Shown here piece by piece: positions 36,999-49,903 of a stretch of DNA of 64,000 nt (positions within the stretch are counted from its first letter, which is position 1; each line of letters begins with the position of its first letter). The notes beneath the pieces are model-generated. The model saw nothing but the letters and a program-made list of their open reading frames with translations. It ran no database searches and was not told where the DNA came from. Source of the DNA: Malacoraja senta (lineage: Eukaryota); NCBI GenBank assembly GCA_038087875.1, contig CM075994.1, positions 6,264,001-6,328,000 on the forward strand, given 5' to 3'. A program made the translations under genes and the position numbers.

Positions 36999-38934
36999 CT
37001 GTCAGAAATAGTTGTTACAACACGAGTCGCCGGTAAACCTCTACATTTGGACTATTGACCGTTGGCCAGGGTTCATATGTGTGAAACATGCCCAGAGTAT
37101 CGTGAGCGGGTGGGGGGGCCCTACTGGAAAATTAACTCCGTGGCGTCTCGGTAGAGTTGCTGCCTCACAGAGCCAGAACTAGTGTACGGGGTGATCGCTG
37201 GTCGGCGTAGACTCGACACCGGGAAAGGATGCAATAGGAATCTGGGGGGTAACTTTTTCACACAAAGGGTGGTGAGTGTATGGAACAAGCTGCCGGAGGA
37301 GGTAGTTGAGGCAGGTACTATCGCAACGTTTAAGAAACATTTGGACAGGTACGTGATAGGATAGGTTTAAAGGGATATGGGCCAAACGCAGGCAGGTTGG
37401 ACTAATATAGCAAGTTGTGGGTAAGTTGGGCCGAAGGGCCTGTTTCCACGCTGTGTGACTATGACTCTTTGACAATCTCCTTTAAACTTTGCCCCTCTGA
37501 ATGAAAAGCTGTGCCGTCTAGTCTTTGACATTTCCACCTTGTAAAATGGTACTGACTGTCCACCCCCTCTATGCCTCTCATAATGTTGCATACTTCGATC
37601 AGGTCTGGTCGAATGTAGAGCGATGGACACGATTTAGTAGCGAGGAAGGTGGTTGAGGCCACGCTTTGTCTCACGAAACCCCAGCGAGAGCATGAAACCT
37701 GCACACCTGCATGAGACCAGCGTAAAAGAGTCAAAGATATGTAATCTACCCACAGACACCCCACGGGCTTAGTTTAATGCAAGTCGGTGACTTGGTCAGA
37801 GGTGAAATGCCCCATACTCCGCCAAGGCCAGTGTCACACGGCATCGGCCTGAATGTGAGACATCTGTTGTTTCCTCCCCAAATACACAGCAGCCGAGCAG
37901 GCGGCCATTTAGCCCACAGGGTCGCTGCTGGCCCGTGGGAAGATGGAAGTAATTAGTCGCTCTACGCGCCCCCAATCTCTGGGGCGCGGGAGTTTCCCGA
38001 AGCGAGAAGATGATAATGAGAACACGAAGTGTTGGAGTACCTTAGCTGGTCAGGCAGCATCGCTGGAGAACATGGATAGATGAGGTGCAGCGGTAGTGTT
38101 GCTGCCTTCCAGCGTCAGAGACCCGGGTTCCTGTGTGGAGACTACGGATTCGGCCTGTGTGGAGTGTGTGCGTTCTCTCTGTGAGTGAGCGCGCGGATAT
38201 TCTCCGGGTTTTCCGGTTTCCTCCCACATCACAAAGACGCGCAGGTTTTGTCGGTTAATTTGCTTCTATAAATTTGTCCCTGGAGTGTAGGATAGTGATA
38301 GTGATAGTGATCGCTGGGAGGTGGGGACTCGGTGGGCTGAACAGTCTGTTTTTGCACTGTCTCTAATGTATGAAGTCTGAGTGACGGTTCGGGTCGGGAC
38401 CCTTCTTCAGATCATAATGAGACAAGCCGCAAATGTAGACGCAGAAGATAGACACAAAATGCTGGAGTAACTCAGCGGGTCAGGCAGCATCTCTGGGGGA
38501 AAAAAGGAATAGGTGAGCTTTCGGGTCGAGACCCTTCATCAGATTGAGAATCGGGGAGAAGGACATTGAGGTATGAGAAGGTACAGAACAAAGCAGTGCC
38601 GGCATAGATCACACAGGAAAGGTGGAGCGCACAATGCGTGGGTGACATGCGTGGGTTTTCTCCGAGATCTTCCATTTACTCCCACATACAGGTTTGTACG
38701 TGAATTGGTTTGGCATAAGTGTAAATTGTCCCTAGTATGTTTAGGATAGTGCAAATGTGCGGGGATCGCTGGTTGGTGCGGATTCGGTGGGCCGAAGGTC
38801 CAGTTTCCGCGTTGTATCACTAAACTAATCTAAACTAAGCCGTTTATATTCGTGTTTTTTTTTTGTTAGACGCACATCATTCATTGATGTTGGCGAATAT
38901 CGTGACATAACACACTACTGGTTATTGGAATTCA

Positions 38935-41900
38935 AAGATTTTTTTTAAATGTTTATTTTATTAGAAGCTATTGTACAAGAATAAAGCAATCGGCATAACA
39001 ATTATACAATTTTCGTACAGCTTCATTTTTAACATTTTATAAACTGATAAATGAATCGGGGAAAAAAATAAACAGGAAAGAATGAAGAAAAAGAAAGATA
39101 CAAAACAGAGAGAGGAAAAGACCCCTGAACTTCCAAAAAGTGAGAGAAAAAAGAAAAAGAAAAGAAAAAAAACGGAGATATGTCCCACTATCCTTCTCTC
39201 CCCCCACCCCCCCACCCCACTCACGTATCCCAAGCATCGGTTTTAAATTTGTGTTCAACCATTCTATTGTTGAAGAAATTCAGTGAAAGGGGACCATGTT
39301 TTGGAGAATTGGTCTGATTTATCAGCCAAAACAAGCCTTATTTTTTCTAAATGTAGTGTCTCGGTCATTTCAGTGATCCACGTCTTCACTGTGGGAACTG
39401 TTATCTTTTTCCAGAATTTGAGTATAAGTTTTTTCGTGGTTATTAAGGAAACGTCTTTGGAATATCGTTAACTTAGAGAAGCCCTCTGACATTCCTAAAA
39501 TTATTAGTTTTGCATCTGACGCCAGTTGAATTTTAAGTGTTTTAGAAATGATATCGCATATTCCCATCCAAAAATTTTGTTTTTTTATACATGATACAAA
39601 GGAATGGGTTAAGGTAGCTTCTTGGAGGTGACATTTATCGCAGATAGGGGAGAGAATTGGAAAAATCTTATTCAATTTGGTCTTTGAAGAGTATAACCTA
39701 TGCAATATTTTGAATTGTATCAGGCAATGCCTGACATTTAAAGAACAGTAATGTATGTATAGTAGGCTTTCCTCCTATCTTTTGAAATAGGTAAACCCAA
39801 CTCGTCTTCCCATGCTCGCCTATAAATCTCAGAAGGTGGGGTATCAATATTTAAGAGAGTGCAAGATATCAACTTACTTGTATCGGCATGTCTATTCAAA
39901 TAATCGTCTAATATATCTGGACCCATAAAAGGACAATTTTGTGTGTGTGTTTTCACATAATCTCGGATTTGAAGGTATCTAAAAAGATTGTTTGCGTTCA
40001 AGTGGTATTTCTCCTGTAGTTCTTGAAAAGAAAAGAAAGTCCCCTTCCTATAGAGGTCTCCCACAGTATTAATTCCCAGGTTTTTCCATTGAACAAACAT
40101 CCTATCTAAAGTAGGCGGTTTAAACGAGGGATTGTTTGCAATAGGCAGAAGGAGAGACAAGTTTCTCAGTTTAAGACTTAATTTCAACTGTTTCCAAATA
40201 CGTAGAGTACTGTGTATTATCGGATTTTGCTCATATGTTGACTTATTCAAATGTATTGGAGATAGGAGAATCGAGCCTATATTAAAAGGCAAACAATCTT
40301 CCCTCTCCATTTCTAACCAATTTACCTGGTGACATGACCAATTTACCATGGTGACAGCAGTCTGAAGAAGGGTTTCGGCCCGAAACGTTGCCTATTTCCT
40401 TCGCTCCATAGATGCTGCTGCACCCGCTGAGTTTCTCCAGCATTTTTGTGTACCTGGTGACATGTATCGTCCAACCAGAAGATTATGTTTTTAATGTTAG
40501 TTGCCCAGTAGTAAAAAAGAAAGTTAGGAAGAGCTAATCCTCCATTTTCTTTGAATTTGCACAAATGTCTTTTGTGTATTCTGTGGGTTTTGTAGTCCCA
40601 AATAAAATTAGTGATAGTAGAATCAATTAAAAAAAACACTTTTAGGGAGATGTATCTTTTGAATTGAGATTGATTGAAATAAATATAGGAGTTGCGGAAG
40701 GAAGATCATCTTTATGGCATTTACTCTACCTATAAGGGAGATAGGAAGTGTTTTCCAAAATTGAATGTAGGCATATAGTTTAGTAATTAATGGTGGTAAG
40801 TTTGTTTTAAATAGAGAGGGGTGTTTTCTAGTCACCTAAATTCCGAGATATCTAAACTTTTCGGTAACAATTCTGAAAGGAAATTTTTTGAATTGAAAAG
40901 GGTCTTGAGCTTTTATTGGCATAATTTCACTTTTATTCCAATTTATTCTATAACCTGAAAAAGCACCAAATTGTTCTATAATGTTTAGTACGTTTGGGAT
41001 ACTAACTTGGGAATTAGTAATGTATAAAAGTACATCGTCTGCATATAACGTAATCTTATTGGTGGTATATTTAGTATTATATCCGAGAATGCCCGAATGT
41101 GACCCGATACTCTCAGCAAGGGGTTCCATGGCTAAGGCAAATAACATTGGTGAAAGGGCGCATCCTTGTCTGTTACCCCTGGATAAGTGAAATTTAGGTG
41201 AAAGCATTTGATTTGTCAGTATTCTGGCTGTCGGATTAGTGTATAACAGCTTCACCCATGAAATGAAGTTTTCTCCTAATTGGAATTTTTCCAACACTGT
41301 GAAAAGATAAGCCTATTCCACTTGGTCGAAAGCTTTTTCTGCATCTAGAGAAATAATTGTTAGATCCTCTATTGTCGTTCTATGCGAATATATTATATTA
41401 AACAAACATCTCAAATTATAAAATGAATGTCGATTAGGTATAAACCCAGTTTGGTCTGGATGTATTAGTTTATTAATAACCAAGCTTAATCTGCAAGCCA
41501 AAGTCTTAGCTAAAATCTTCTGATCTGTATTTAAAAGGGCTATTGCCCTATATGATCCAGGCTCCTCAAGGTTTTTATCTTTTTTTGGAATCAATGTAAT
41601 AGTTGATTCAGCAAGAGTTTGTGGTAAAGTCTGTTCTTTAAATGCTTGAATATAAAGGGCTTGTAAGCATGGGGAAATTAAATCATTAAATTTTTAATAA
41701 AATTCATCACTAAACCCATCGTTTTTCCACTTTTCAATGATTTAATAGTCTCTACAATGTCTTTTGTTGTTATCTCTGCACCTAATTCATCCCGTTCCTC
41801 CTCATTAAGGGATTGGAGATTGCAATTTTCAAGAAAGTTTTCAATCTTTGCAGGATCGGCTGTTGTTTTTGATGAATATAGTGTGTGATAGAATTTTAAG

Positions 41901-42600
41901 AATCTTTCATTAATATCTTTAGGCAGTGTAAGCAGCTCTCCTTTTTCTGATCTAATTTTTTGAATAGTGTGATCCTTCTCTAACTTATGGAGCTGACGTG
42001 CCAGTAGTTTGTGTGGTTTGTCGACAAATTCAAAAAAATGTTGCTTAGTATAATGAAATACATTAATATTTTTTGCAGAAAGGATCTGGTTTAATTTAAA
42101 TTTTAATGCAGCTATCTTATTATGTTTTGCAGTGGTTGGGTCAATCGCATTTTCTGAGTCTAGCTGTTTAATCTGTTTTTCTAATTCCAATTGTTCAGTC
42201 CTATTTTTCTTGTCTTGAAAAGCTTGGTATGCAATAATACAGCCTCTGATATAGGCCTTGAAAGTTTCCCACAACAACTCTGCAGAAATACCAGGTGTGT
42301 AGCTTGTGTCAAAGGATATTTTCATCTGTAGCTTCAGATAGTCACAACAACTTGCCTCAGTTAGTATTTGTGGGTTGAATCTCCAAAACTACTTTTTATT
42401 CTACATTCCTTCCAATTTTAAGGAGAAAGTTAACGGACAATGGTCCGAAATGATATTATTGTGATCTTTTGGGTTATAGGTGAAAGGGATAATTTTTGCA
42501 TCTACCAGGAAATAATCAATTCATGTATACGTTTTGTGAACACCTGAATAAAAAGAGTATTCTCTTCCGGATGGATTGGCAATCCTCCATACTGAATTCA
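38935..42600 (-). mobile_element. 5'-truncated, degenerate L1 (copy C)
   Basis: Multiple ORF2 fragments (LDAEKAFD, RQGCALSP, LYADD, CDKC); T-rich 3' tail. Confidence 0.9.
40357..40450 (+). ncRNA. Solo Penelope terminal repeat with hammerhead motif, inserted in L1 copy C
   Basis: CTGAAGA-AGGGTTTCGGCCC-GAAA-CGTT; flanked by duplicated TACCTGGTGACATG (40323-40336, 40451-40464). Confidence 0.7.
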
Positions 42601-42806
42601 AAGATTTAGATCAGTTTAGAGATACAGCGCGGAATCTGGCCCTTCGGAGAACGGAGTTCGATTCTGACCTCGGGTGCTGTCTCTGTGCAGTTTGCACGTT
42701 ACTGGGCAGGTTCCCCCGAGTGCCCTGTACATGTACACGCACACACACGCGTATAATACGCATACGTACATAAAAACAAACAATAACAATGCAATAATAA
42801 CAATAA

Positions 42807-42952
<146 letters not shown>

Positions 42953-43682
42953 TTATTATATTGTTTACAGTGTACTATATTTACATAATTTTGTTGTGCT
43001 GCTACAAGTAAGAATTTCATTGTTCTATCTGGGACATATGACAATAAAACACTCTTGACTCTTGACTCTTGAGATGATACTTGAGGGAGAAGGAAACATG
43101 AATTATTGTTGGTTGGTTGAATTGAATGGTTGGATTCCATGAAAAGGAATCATACATTTGAGTTCAGAAATACAGCATTTAAAAGACATTTTAATAGAAT
43201 GATCCCGGGATGAGTGGGTTAACATAAGATGAGCGCTTGATGGCGCTGGGCCTGTACTCGCTGGAGTTTAGAAGAATAAGGGGGGATCTCACTGAAACTT
43301 AACGGATAGTGAAAGGCCTGGGTAGAGTGGATGTGGAGATGTTTTCACGAGTGGGAGAGTCTAGGATCAGAGTACGGGAGTCAGGGGGTATGGGGAGAAG
43401 GCAAGCGAATGGGGTTGAGAGGGAAAGGTAGATCAGCCAAGATTGAATGGAGGAGTAGAGTCAATGGGTTGAATAGCCTAATTCTGCTCCTATGGCTTAT
43501 GAACATGAACTACCTTTCCTCTGCACTCTGAGTTCTTATGCGGGTCTTGTCCAGCATTTATTTGCCTCCACAAATGCTGCTCGAATGACTGAGATCCTCT
43601 AACAGGTTACGTTTTTCTTGCTACAGATTGCAGTATCTGCAGTCTCTTGTGTCTAAATAACAACCTGCTCTTCAGAGAAGAC

Positions 43683-43752
43683 ATGGCCAGGAGAGTTCCT
43701 GGGATTCACTCCCTCATCGGGATACTTTGGCTGCTGTTGAGCGACTCTGGAG
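43683..43752 (+). CDS. CD2/SLAM-like gene exon 1 (signal peptide)
   Basis: gacATGG Kozak; MARRVPGIHSLIGILWLLLSDSG; phase-1 donor AG|GCGAGT (GC-type). Confidence 0.68.
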
Positions 43753-44176
43753 GCGAGTCCATGCCTTGAGCTCGGGGTGCGGGTGGCGGTAGGGTGGAAG
43801 AAGCTGTGCTATATAGAACAGTACAGCACACGAACAGGCCATTCAGCCCACAACATCCATGCCGAACATGATGCCAAGTTAAAGTAAACTCCACTGCCGC
43901 ACATAATCCATATCTATGCATTCTCTGCAGAACCATGCACCTTTCTAAAAGCCACTTAAACCCCACTATCGTATCTGCCCTCCACCCGCCACTTCTGGCA
44001 GCGCATTACAGACACCCACCACTCTTGGTGTAAACATGTGGTGCCCCAGTTCCCTCCCACATCCCCAAGGTTGGAGGTTAATTGCCCGCAGTGCGTATGG
44101 AGCGGATGCGAAAGTGGAATAATGTAGAACTGGTATGATCGGTTGAGTCGGTGGGCTGAGTAGCCTGTTTCCAAGC

Positions 44177-44213
<37 letters not shown>

Positions 44214-44261
44214 GCCTGCCTCTGTCTGTCTGTCTGTCTGTATTTATCCATCTACTTATTC

Positions 44262-44890
44262 AGGGAGTACAAATACCTGGGAGTGCACCTGAACAGTAAA
44301 CTGGACTGGTGCAGGAACGTTGAGGCCCTGTACGAGAAGGGACAGAGCCGCCTGTACTTTTTGAGAAGGCTCCGCTTCTTCAATGTCTGCAGTAAGATGT
44401 TGCAGATGTTCTACCAACTGGTGGTAGCCAGTACCATCTTCTTCACTGCCATGTGCTGGAGCAGCAGGGCGAATGCAGCGGATGGCAACAGGATCAACAA
44501 ACTCATCAGGAAGACTGGCTCCATCCTTGGGGCAGAGTTAGATTCATGGGAAGTGGTCTTGGAGTGGAGGATGCTCCTCAAACTGCGTAGCACCCTGGGC
44601 AATACAGCTCACCTGCTCCATGACACACTGGTCAACATGAGGACCACCTTCAGCAACAGATTGGTTCCACCAAGATGCAGCACAGAACACCACAGGAGAT
44701 TAATCTTCCCTGTGGCTATCAAACTTTACAACTCCTCCCCCTCTGTCGTGGGGTAGACTGAGACTGACACCCCCCCCCCCTTAATCTTTGCACATCCCGA
44801 AAGCCTACCATTTGTCACTTTATTTTAATGTTTCATGTTTAATTATTTTATGACTGTTACCAAAATAATTACCCTCCTGGGATAAATAAA
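44262..44890 (+). mobile_element. Rex1/Babar LINE 3' fragment
   Basis: YKYLGVHLNSKLDW…KGQSRLYFLRRLR…FPVAIKLYN; gggataaataaagtt tail. Confidence 0.85.
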
Positions 44891-45254
44891 GTTCCATCAT
44901 TTCGTATCGTATCTATCTAAAAGCTTTTCAGTGTACCTCGGTACATGTGACAATAAACTAAACTATCTATCTATCCATCCATCCATCCATCTACCTATCT
45001 ATCATTCTACCTATCTATCATTGTGTCTATTATATTTATCTATTTTATCTATCTATTCTATCTAGTTTATCTATCTATCTATTTAATTTATCAATCTAAT
45101 CTATCCATCCAGACTGGGTTAAATCACAACCTCCAGAAATGTCTGTGTGGAGTTTGCATATCTCCCTGTGACTGACCCTTGCTAACTCTTGTGATCTTGC
45201 TAAATTATGTGAGGTGATGCCATGGGTAGACCTACTGTCCTTGTCCATCAGTCG

Positions 45255-46216
45255 AGGGGGCACCGTCGAGTATGGCTGCTCTGCCTGCAGCTGTCTGTCC
45301 TGTTCACCATTTTTTGTTTGTACTGTGCTAATAGTTTTGTTTTGGAGGTCAAATCTTTGTTGTGTGTGTGTAGGGGGGGGAAGGGGGAAACTGTACTTCT
45401 CGGTCCCTACCTGATCGGAGTTGCGGTTTTCCTCCGAGCTGCATCTTCGCCCCTTCATCACGGCTTACCAGTAGCATGCGGTGGCGTTTCCTGCTGGGAC
45501 CGGCCGGCCAGAACTTCAACTTAGGCGGCGGCTCAGCGCTGAAGCACCATCCCGCAGCGGGCAATACCTTACCCGGGTCGCCGTGTGGTAAGCTCCGGAG
45601 CGCTGAGACCGCCGACTCCAACATCGCGGAGCTGCAGGGTCTGCGGAGCGTCCAGCTGCGGCGGCACTGACTCTGAACACCACGGAGCCTGGGATCTTTC
45701 GCCGCGATCGCCAGTGTCGGAGCTCCGACCAGCGCGGCCTGTAGACTTCAGGAGCCCCGGTCTCCGGGGAGGAAGCGGCCGTTCCAGACACTCCAAGCCG
45801 CTGAGAGTGTTCTCCCGACGCCGGAGCTCCATCATCCGGCGAGAGGGCCTGCAACATCGGGCCTCAGTTGCGGCGACTGCGGAGGCCTCAATAGGCCTGA
45901 CCATGGGTGAACAGGAGGGAGAGGACTGGACTTTGTTGTCTTCCCTCACAGTGGGAACCATTGCGGGGGGGATGTTTATATGTTTTATGTTAAATTCTTT
46001 AATGTTGTGTTTTATTTTTGGTGTGCTGCAGATGGCTCGGAAAACATGGCTGCTGAAGGTGAGAGTGAATGCTGGCGTGATTGGCTGCCGCTGCTCTCTC
46101 TCCGAATTGTGTATTGTTGCTGTATATGTTGTTTTTGTTTCATGCTTGTTTTAACTGTAAGGTGTCCTTGAGAGTCCTGAAAGGCGCCCTATAAATAAAT
46201 GGTATTATTATTATTA
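45255..46216 (+). mobile_element. GC-rich non-coding retro-element, copy 2, with L2-type 3' tail
   Basis: Body similar to 28540-29240; ends tgtaaggtgtccttgag…gaaaggcgccctataaataaatgg(tat)n. Confidence 0.6.
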
Positions 46217-46305
46217 GGGTTGGGACAACTCACTGCTGTGCTGGGAAACTATGAACACCAACACACCACAGCTGATGGCACTAATATCTTGTCCTTGTGT
46301 TTCAG

Positions 46306-46635
46306 GTCTGGGACAGACTGCTGGGAAACCAGGCACTCGTCGCTTGGTGAAAGGGACACTGGGACAGTCAGTCACGTTACCAGGATGTATCTCAGGAGAA
46401 TACATTTCAATCCTTACTTGGGATTACCGCAATTCACCAACAACAGGAAAGGTTCAATTATGTACGAAATCTCAAAACAATCCAATACAATATAACAAAC
46501 AGCGGATCAAGTTAAACCTGAAGGACTGTAGTCTGGAAATACAGAACCTAACAGAACACGATCAAGGTCTATATGAAATGAACTTAAGGATGAATCTTGC
46601 TGTCCATGAACATGTGACAGAACTGAAGATTTATG
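46306..46635 (+). CDS. CD2/SLAM-like gene exon 2 (IgV domain)
   Basis: tgtgtttcag| and G|gtaat, phase 1-1; LVKGTLGQSVTLP…W…SLEIQNLTEHDQGLYEM…ELKIY; canonical F-strand Cys absent, as in many CD2-family V domains. Confidence 0.9.
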
Positions 46636-47259
46636 GTAATCTATTTCAATTAAAAAAATGGTACACTTTCCATTATAACAACCTTTAAGAACTTAAAGGT
46701 GTAAGGGGGGATGCTTTCGATGTGCGCCCAAGTCTGTGGGTTATACGGGCAGGGTGAATACTGAAACATTACATGGGTCGGAGTCCTTGCTTATTTAGGA
46801 ACCCATCCTCAGTATTTGCCGTTTGAATATTAATGGAGGTGCATTAGGATGGGTTCTTGAATGGAGATCTCTCTAAGCCATCTGACTTCTGTGGAAGATG
46901 ATAGGTCCACAGACATTCAACTTTCTCTGCTAATAACGAGTTTACTTGTGATCTCGTTTTGGTGGCAAAGTGTAACCTGGACGATCCATTTTTGTAAACT
47001 CACGGGAAGGATTTTGCACTAAAACTAGGTGCTTGTCTGTAAACAGTTTGTAAATTGTCCGTCGTGGGTGTAGAATAGTGCCAGTGTGCGGGGATCGATG
47101 GTCGGCGAGGACTCGGTGGGCCGAAGGGCTTGTTTACGCTGTATCTCTAAACTAAACCAAACAGTCTTCTACTCTTAATGTTCTTGTGGTAAACTCATGG
47201 CTAGCAGCTTCTGGTTGTTATTATTCCATGGCTTGTATTTGTGCTTTTTTTTAAAACAG

Positions 47260-47550
47260 AACGAGTGTCATTACCAGTAATAAATATCACAGAAGCCGTC
47301 ACTGACGGGGTGTGTAACGTTAGCTTGCTATGTTCACTGGAGCACGGCACCGAGCCAGTCTACACTTGGTGGTCAGGAGATGGCAAGGTCGCGGCAGATG
47401 GGTCGCACATACTGACTGACGAAGGGAGAAGGCTGGCACTATCCATAGCTCTACCCAACAACAACAGCGTGTATAACTGCACCGTGGAGAACCCTGTTAG
47501 TGAGGAGACACGGACCGTGGATCTCACAGAGTTCTGTCCTGCCCATGAAG
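47260..47550 (+). CDS. CD2/SLAM-like gene exon 3 (IgC2 domain)
   Basis: ttttaaaacag| and AAG|gtttgt, phase 1-1; VSLPVI…CNVSLLCS…YTW…YNCTVENPVS…C, the four-Cys SLAM C2 signature. Confidence 0.92.
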
Positions 47551-48554
47551 GTTTGTGCCTTCATCTTTTCACAGTAAGCACATTTCTCAAATAAAATAAG
47601 GGCTATTTATTTCATTCCTATTCAAATCTCCAAATCCTTCCGATGGAATAAATCATGTAATAGATGTAGTATAAACAGGCACAAAGTGCTGGAGTAAATG
47701 TCTCAGCGGGACAGGCAGCATCTCTGGAGAGAAGGAATGGTTGACGTTTCGGGTCGAGAAGAAGGGCCACGACCCGAAATGTCGCCCAATTCCTTCTTTC
47801 CAGAGAAACAATTTTCGGATAAAAAAACAACATCTGCAGTTCCTTCCTGCACAATATATTTAGCTTAGTTTAGTTTAGAGATTCAGCATTGAAACGGTCC
47901 ATTCGGCCCACCGAATCTGCGCCGACCATCGATCACCCGTACACTAATTCTATCCTACACGTTAGGGACAATTTACAGAAACCATTTAACCTGCAAATCT
48001 GCATGTCTTTGGGCTGTGGTCTAAACCGGGGACATAACGCACACGCTCACAGGGAGAACGTACATACTCCGTACAGACAGCATCTGTAGAAAAGAACGAC
48101 CCGGATCTCTGGTGCTCTGAGGTAGCAACGCTACCGCTGAGTTACTCCAGCATTGTGTGTGTATCTTCGGTGTAAACCAGCATTTGCAGTTCCTTCCTAC
48201 GCAAAAGGAAAAATAAGCTGTGTGCAAAAAAACAGACATGAATGCAGAAATACACAATCAGAAAACAAGTCCATGGTCTATAGTCTTCCATTGGCGAGGT
48301 TGGACTTGAATTATGCAGGTTGGTTCAAGACCCTGATGGTTGCAGAAAAGTACCTTTAACGATAGAGAGGCTGGAGGTGCTGGAATCTTGAGCAAAAATC
48401 AGTGCTGAAAGAATTCAGCGGGTCAGGCAGCTTCTGTGGAGGGAATGGTCTGAAAAAGGATCGATTTCCCTCCCGAGATACTGCCTCACCCATCGATTTC
48501 CTACGGTACATTAAAAAAAAAACCAATAGCTTTAGCTGCTTCTCCCTACGTTTG

Positions 48555-48820
48555 CCTTACAGCGCTTAAACCCAGATGCGATCCCGACTACGGGTGCTGT
48601 CTGTCCGGAGTTTGTACGTTCTCCCCGTGACCGCGTGGATTTTCTCAAAGATATTTGGTTTCCTCCTACACTCCAAAGATTTACAGGCCTGTGGGTTAAT
48701 TGGCTTCTGTATACGTGTGAATTGTCCCTTGTGTGTGTAGGATAGTGTAAGTGTGCTGGGATCACTGGTCGGGGCAGACTCGGTGGGCCGAAGGGCCTGT
48801 TTCTACGCTGTATCTCTAAA
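48555..48820 (+). mobile_element. tRNA-derived SINE; representative of many copies (e.g. 32485-32770, 34345-34625, 52105-52285, 53585-53730)
   Basis: Family has A/B-box-like head (GTTCGATCC), core GGAGTTTGTACGTTCTCCCCGTGAC and CR1-like tail GGGCCGAAGGGCCTGTTTC. Confidence 0.75.
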
Positions 48821-49224
48821 AAGGAAACTATCTAAAAATAAAACTATCATAGCTCAGCCTCTCCAGTCTAAATTGTAACTGCATTTTCCATTTTAAGCAA
48901 ACATTATTGAACAGGCGTCTGAAACCATGAGAGGAATAGATCGGGTGAATGCACAGAGTCATCTACCTTGTGTAGAGGAATGGAGAACCAGAGGACGTAG
49001 GTTTAAGCTGAAAGGGGAAGGATTTAATAGGAACCCAAGGGGCAACGTTTCCCACAGAGGGTGACGGGTACATGAATGAGCAGAGGAGGTAATTGGGGCA
49101 GTTACTATAAAATAATTTAAAGCCATTTGGACAAGTACATTGTTAGGAAAGTTTAGAAGGATATAGGCCAAAGGCGGGCATATGGGGCTAGCTTAGATGG
49201 GACATCATGGGGTGAAGGGCAGTA

Positions 49225-49720
49225 TTGCCTTCTTGCATGACCCGTAAGCAATCGCAGCGAATTGTGGACGCAACCCAGGCCTTCACACAAACCAACCTCC
49301 CTTCTATCGATTCCATTTATACCTCACACTGCCTCGGCAAGACCAGCAGCATAATCAAGGACGATTCGCGCCCTGGCCACACCCTCTTCTCCCCTCTCCA
49401 ATCAGGCCAACGGTATAGAAGTGTGAAAACGCACACCTCCAGATTCAGGGACAGTTTCTTCCCAGCTGCTATCAGGCAACTGAATCATCCTTCCACAAGC
49501 AGAGAGCAGTGCTGAACTATGACCTACCTCTTTGATGTCCCTCGGTCTATCCTTGACCAGACTATCTTGCACGAAACGTTATTCCCCTATCATGTATCTA
49601 TACACTAGAAATGGATTGATTGTAATTGTGTATCGTCTTTCTGCTAACTCGATAGCACGCAACCAAAAAGCTTTTCACGGTAACTCGGTACACGTGACAA
49701 TAAACTAAACTGAACTGAAC
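49225..49720 (+). mobile_element. Rex1-like LINE 3' fragment (similar copy at 50960-51360)
   Basis: LPSIDSIY…IIKD…FRDSFFPAAIRQLN; gtgacaataaa tail. Confidence 0.8.
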
Positions 49721-49793
49721 CGAACTCTCTGATTCTGTTCCTATGCACCAACAAATCAATAGATTGGCAACTGAAAATGTGATCTCTCTTCAG

Positions 49794-49903
49794 GTTATAA
49801 GCCACTGAGAGTCTCAAGCCGTGTACTTTTTACAGCCGCCACAATCATCTTCATCTCATCTATCTTTTGCTACATGTATTGCAAGAGGACAAGCTCAGCA
49901 CAG
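49794..49903 (+). CDS. CD2/SLAM-like gene exon 4 (transmembrane)
   Basis: ctctcttcag| and CAG|gtcagt, phase 1-0; GYKPLRVSSRVLFTAATIIFISSIFCYMYCKRTSSAQ. Confidence 0.85.

Larger units (their letters stand above)
31036..39265 (+). repeat. Local tandem duplication: unit 1 31036-36656, unit 2 36657-39265
   Basis: 31036-33035 ≈ 36657-38635; 34428-34675 ≈ 38643-38889; 36280-36655 ≈ 38886-39265. Confidence 0.9.

Noticed and set aside
45585..46154. 189-aa ORF in the GC-rich element
   Set aside because: Frame not conserved in the second copy; long ORFs are expected at high GC
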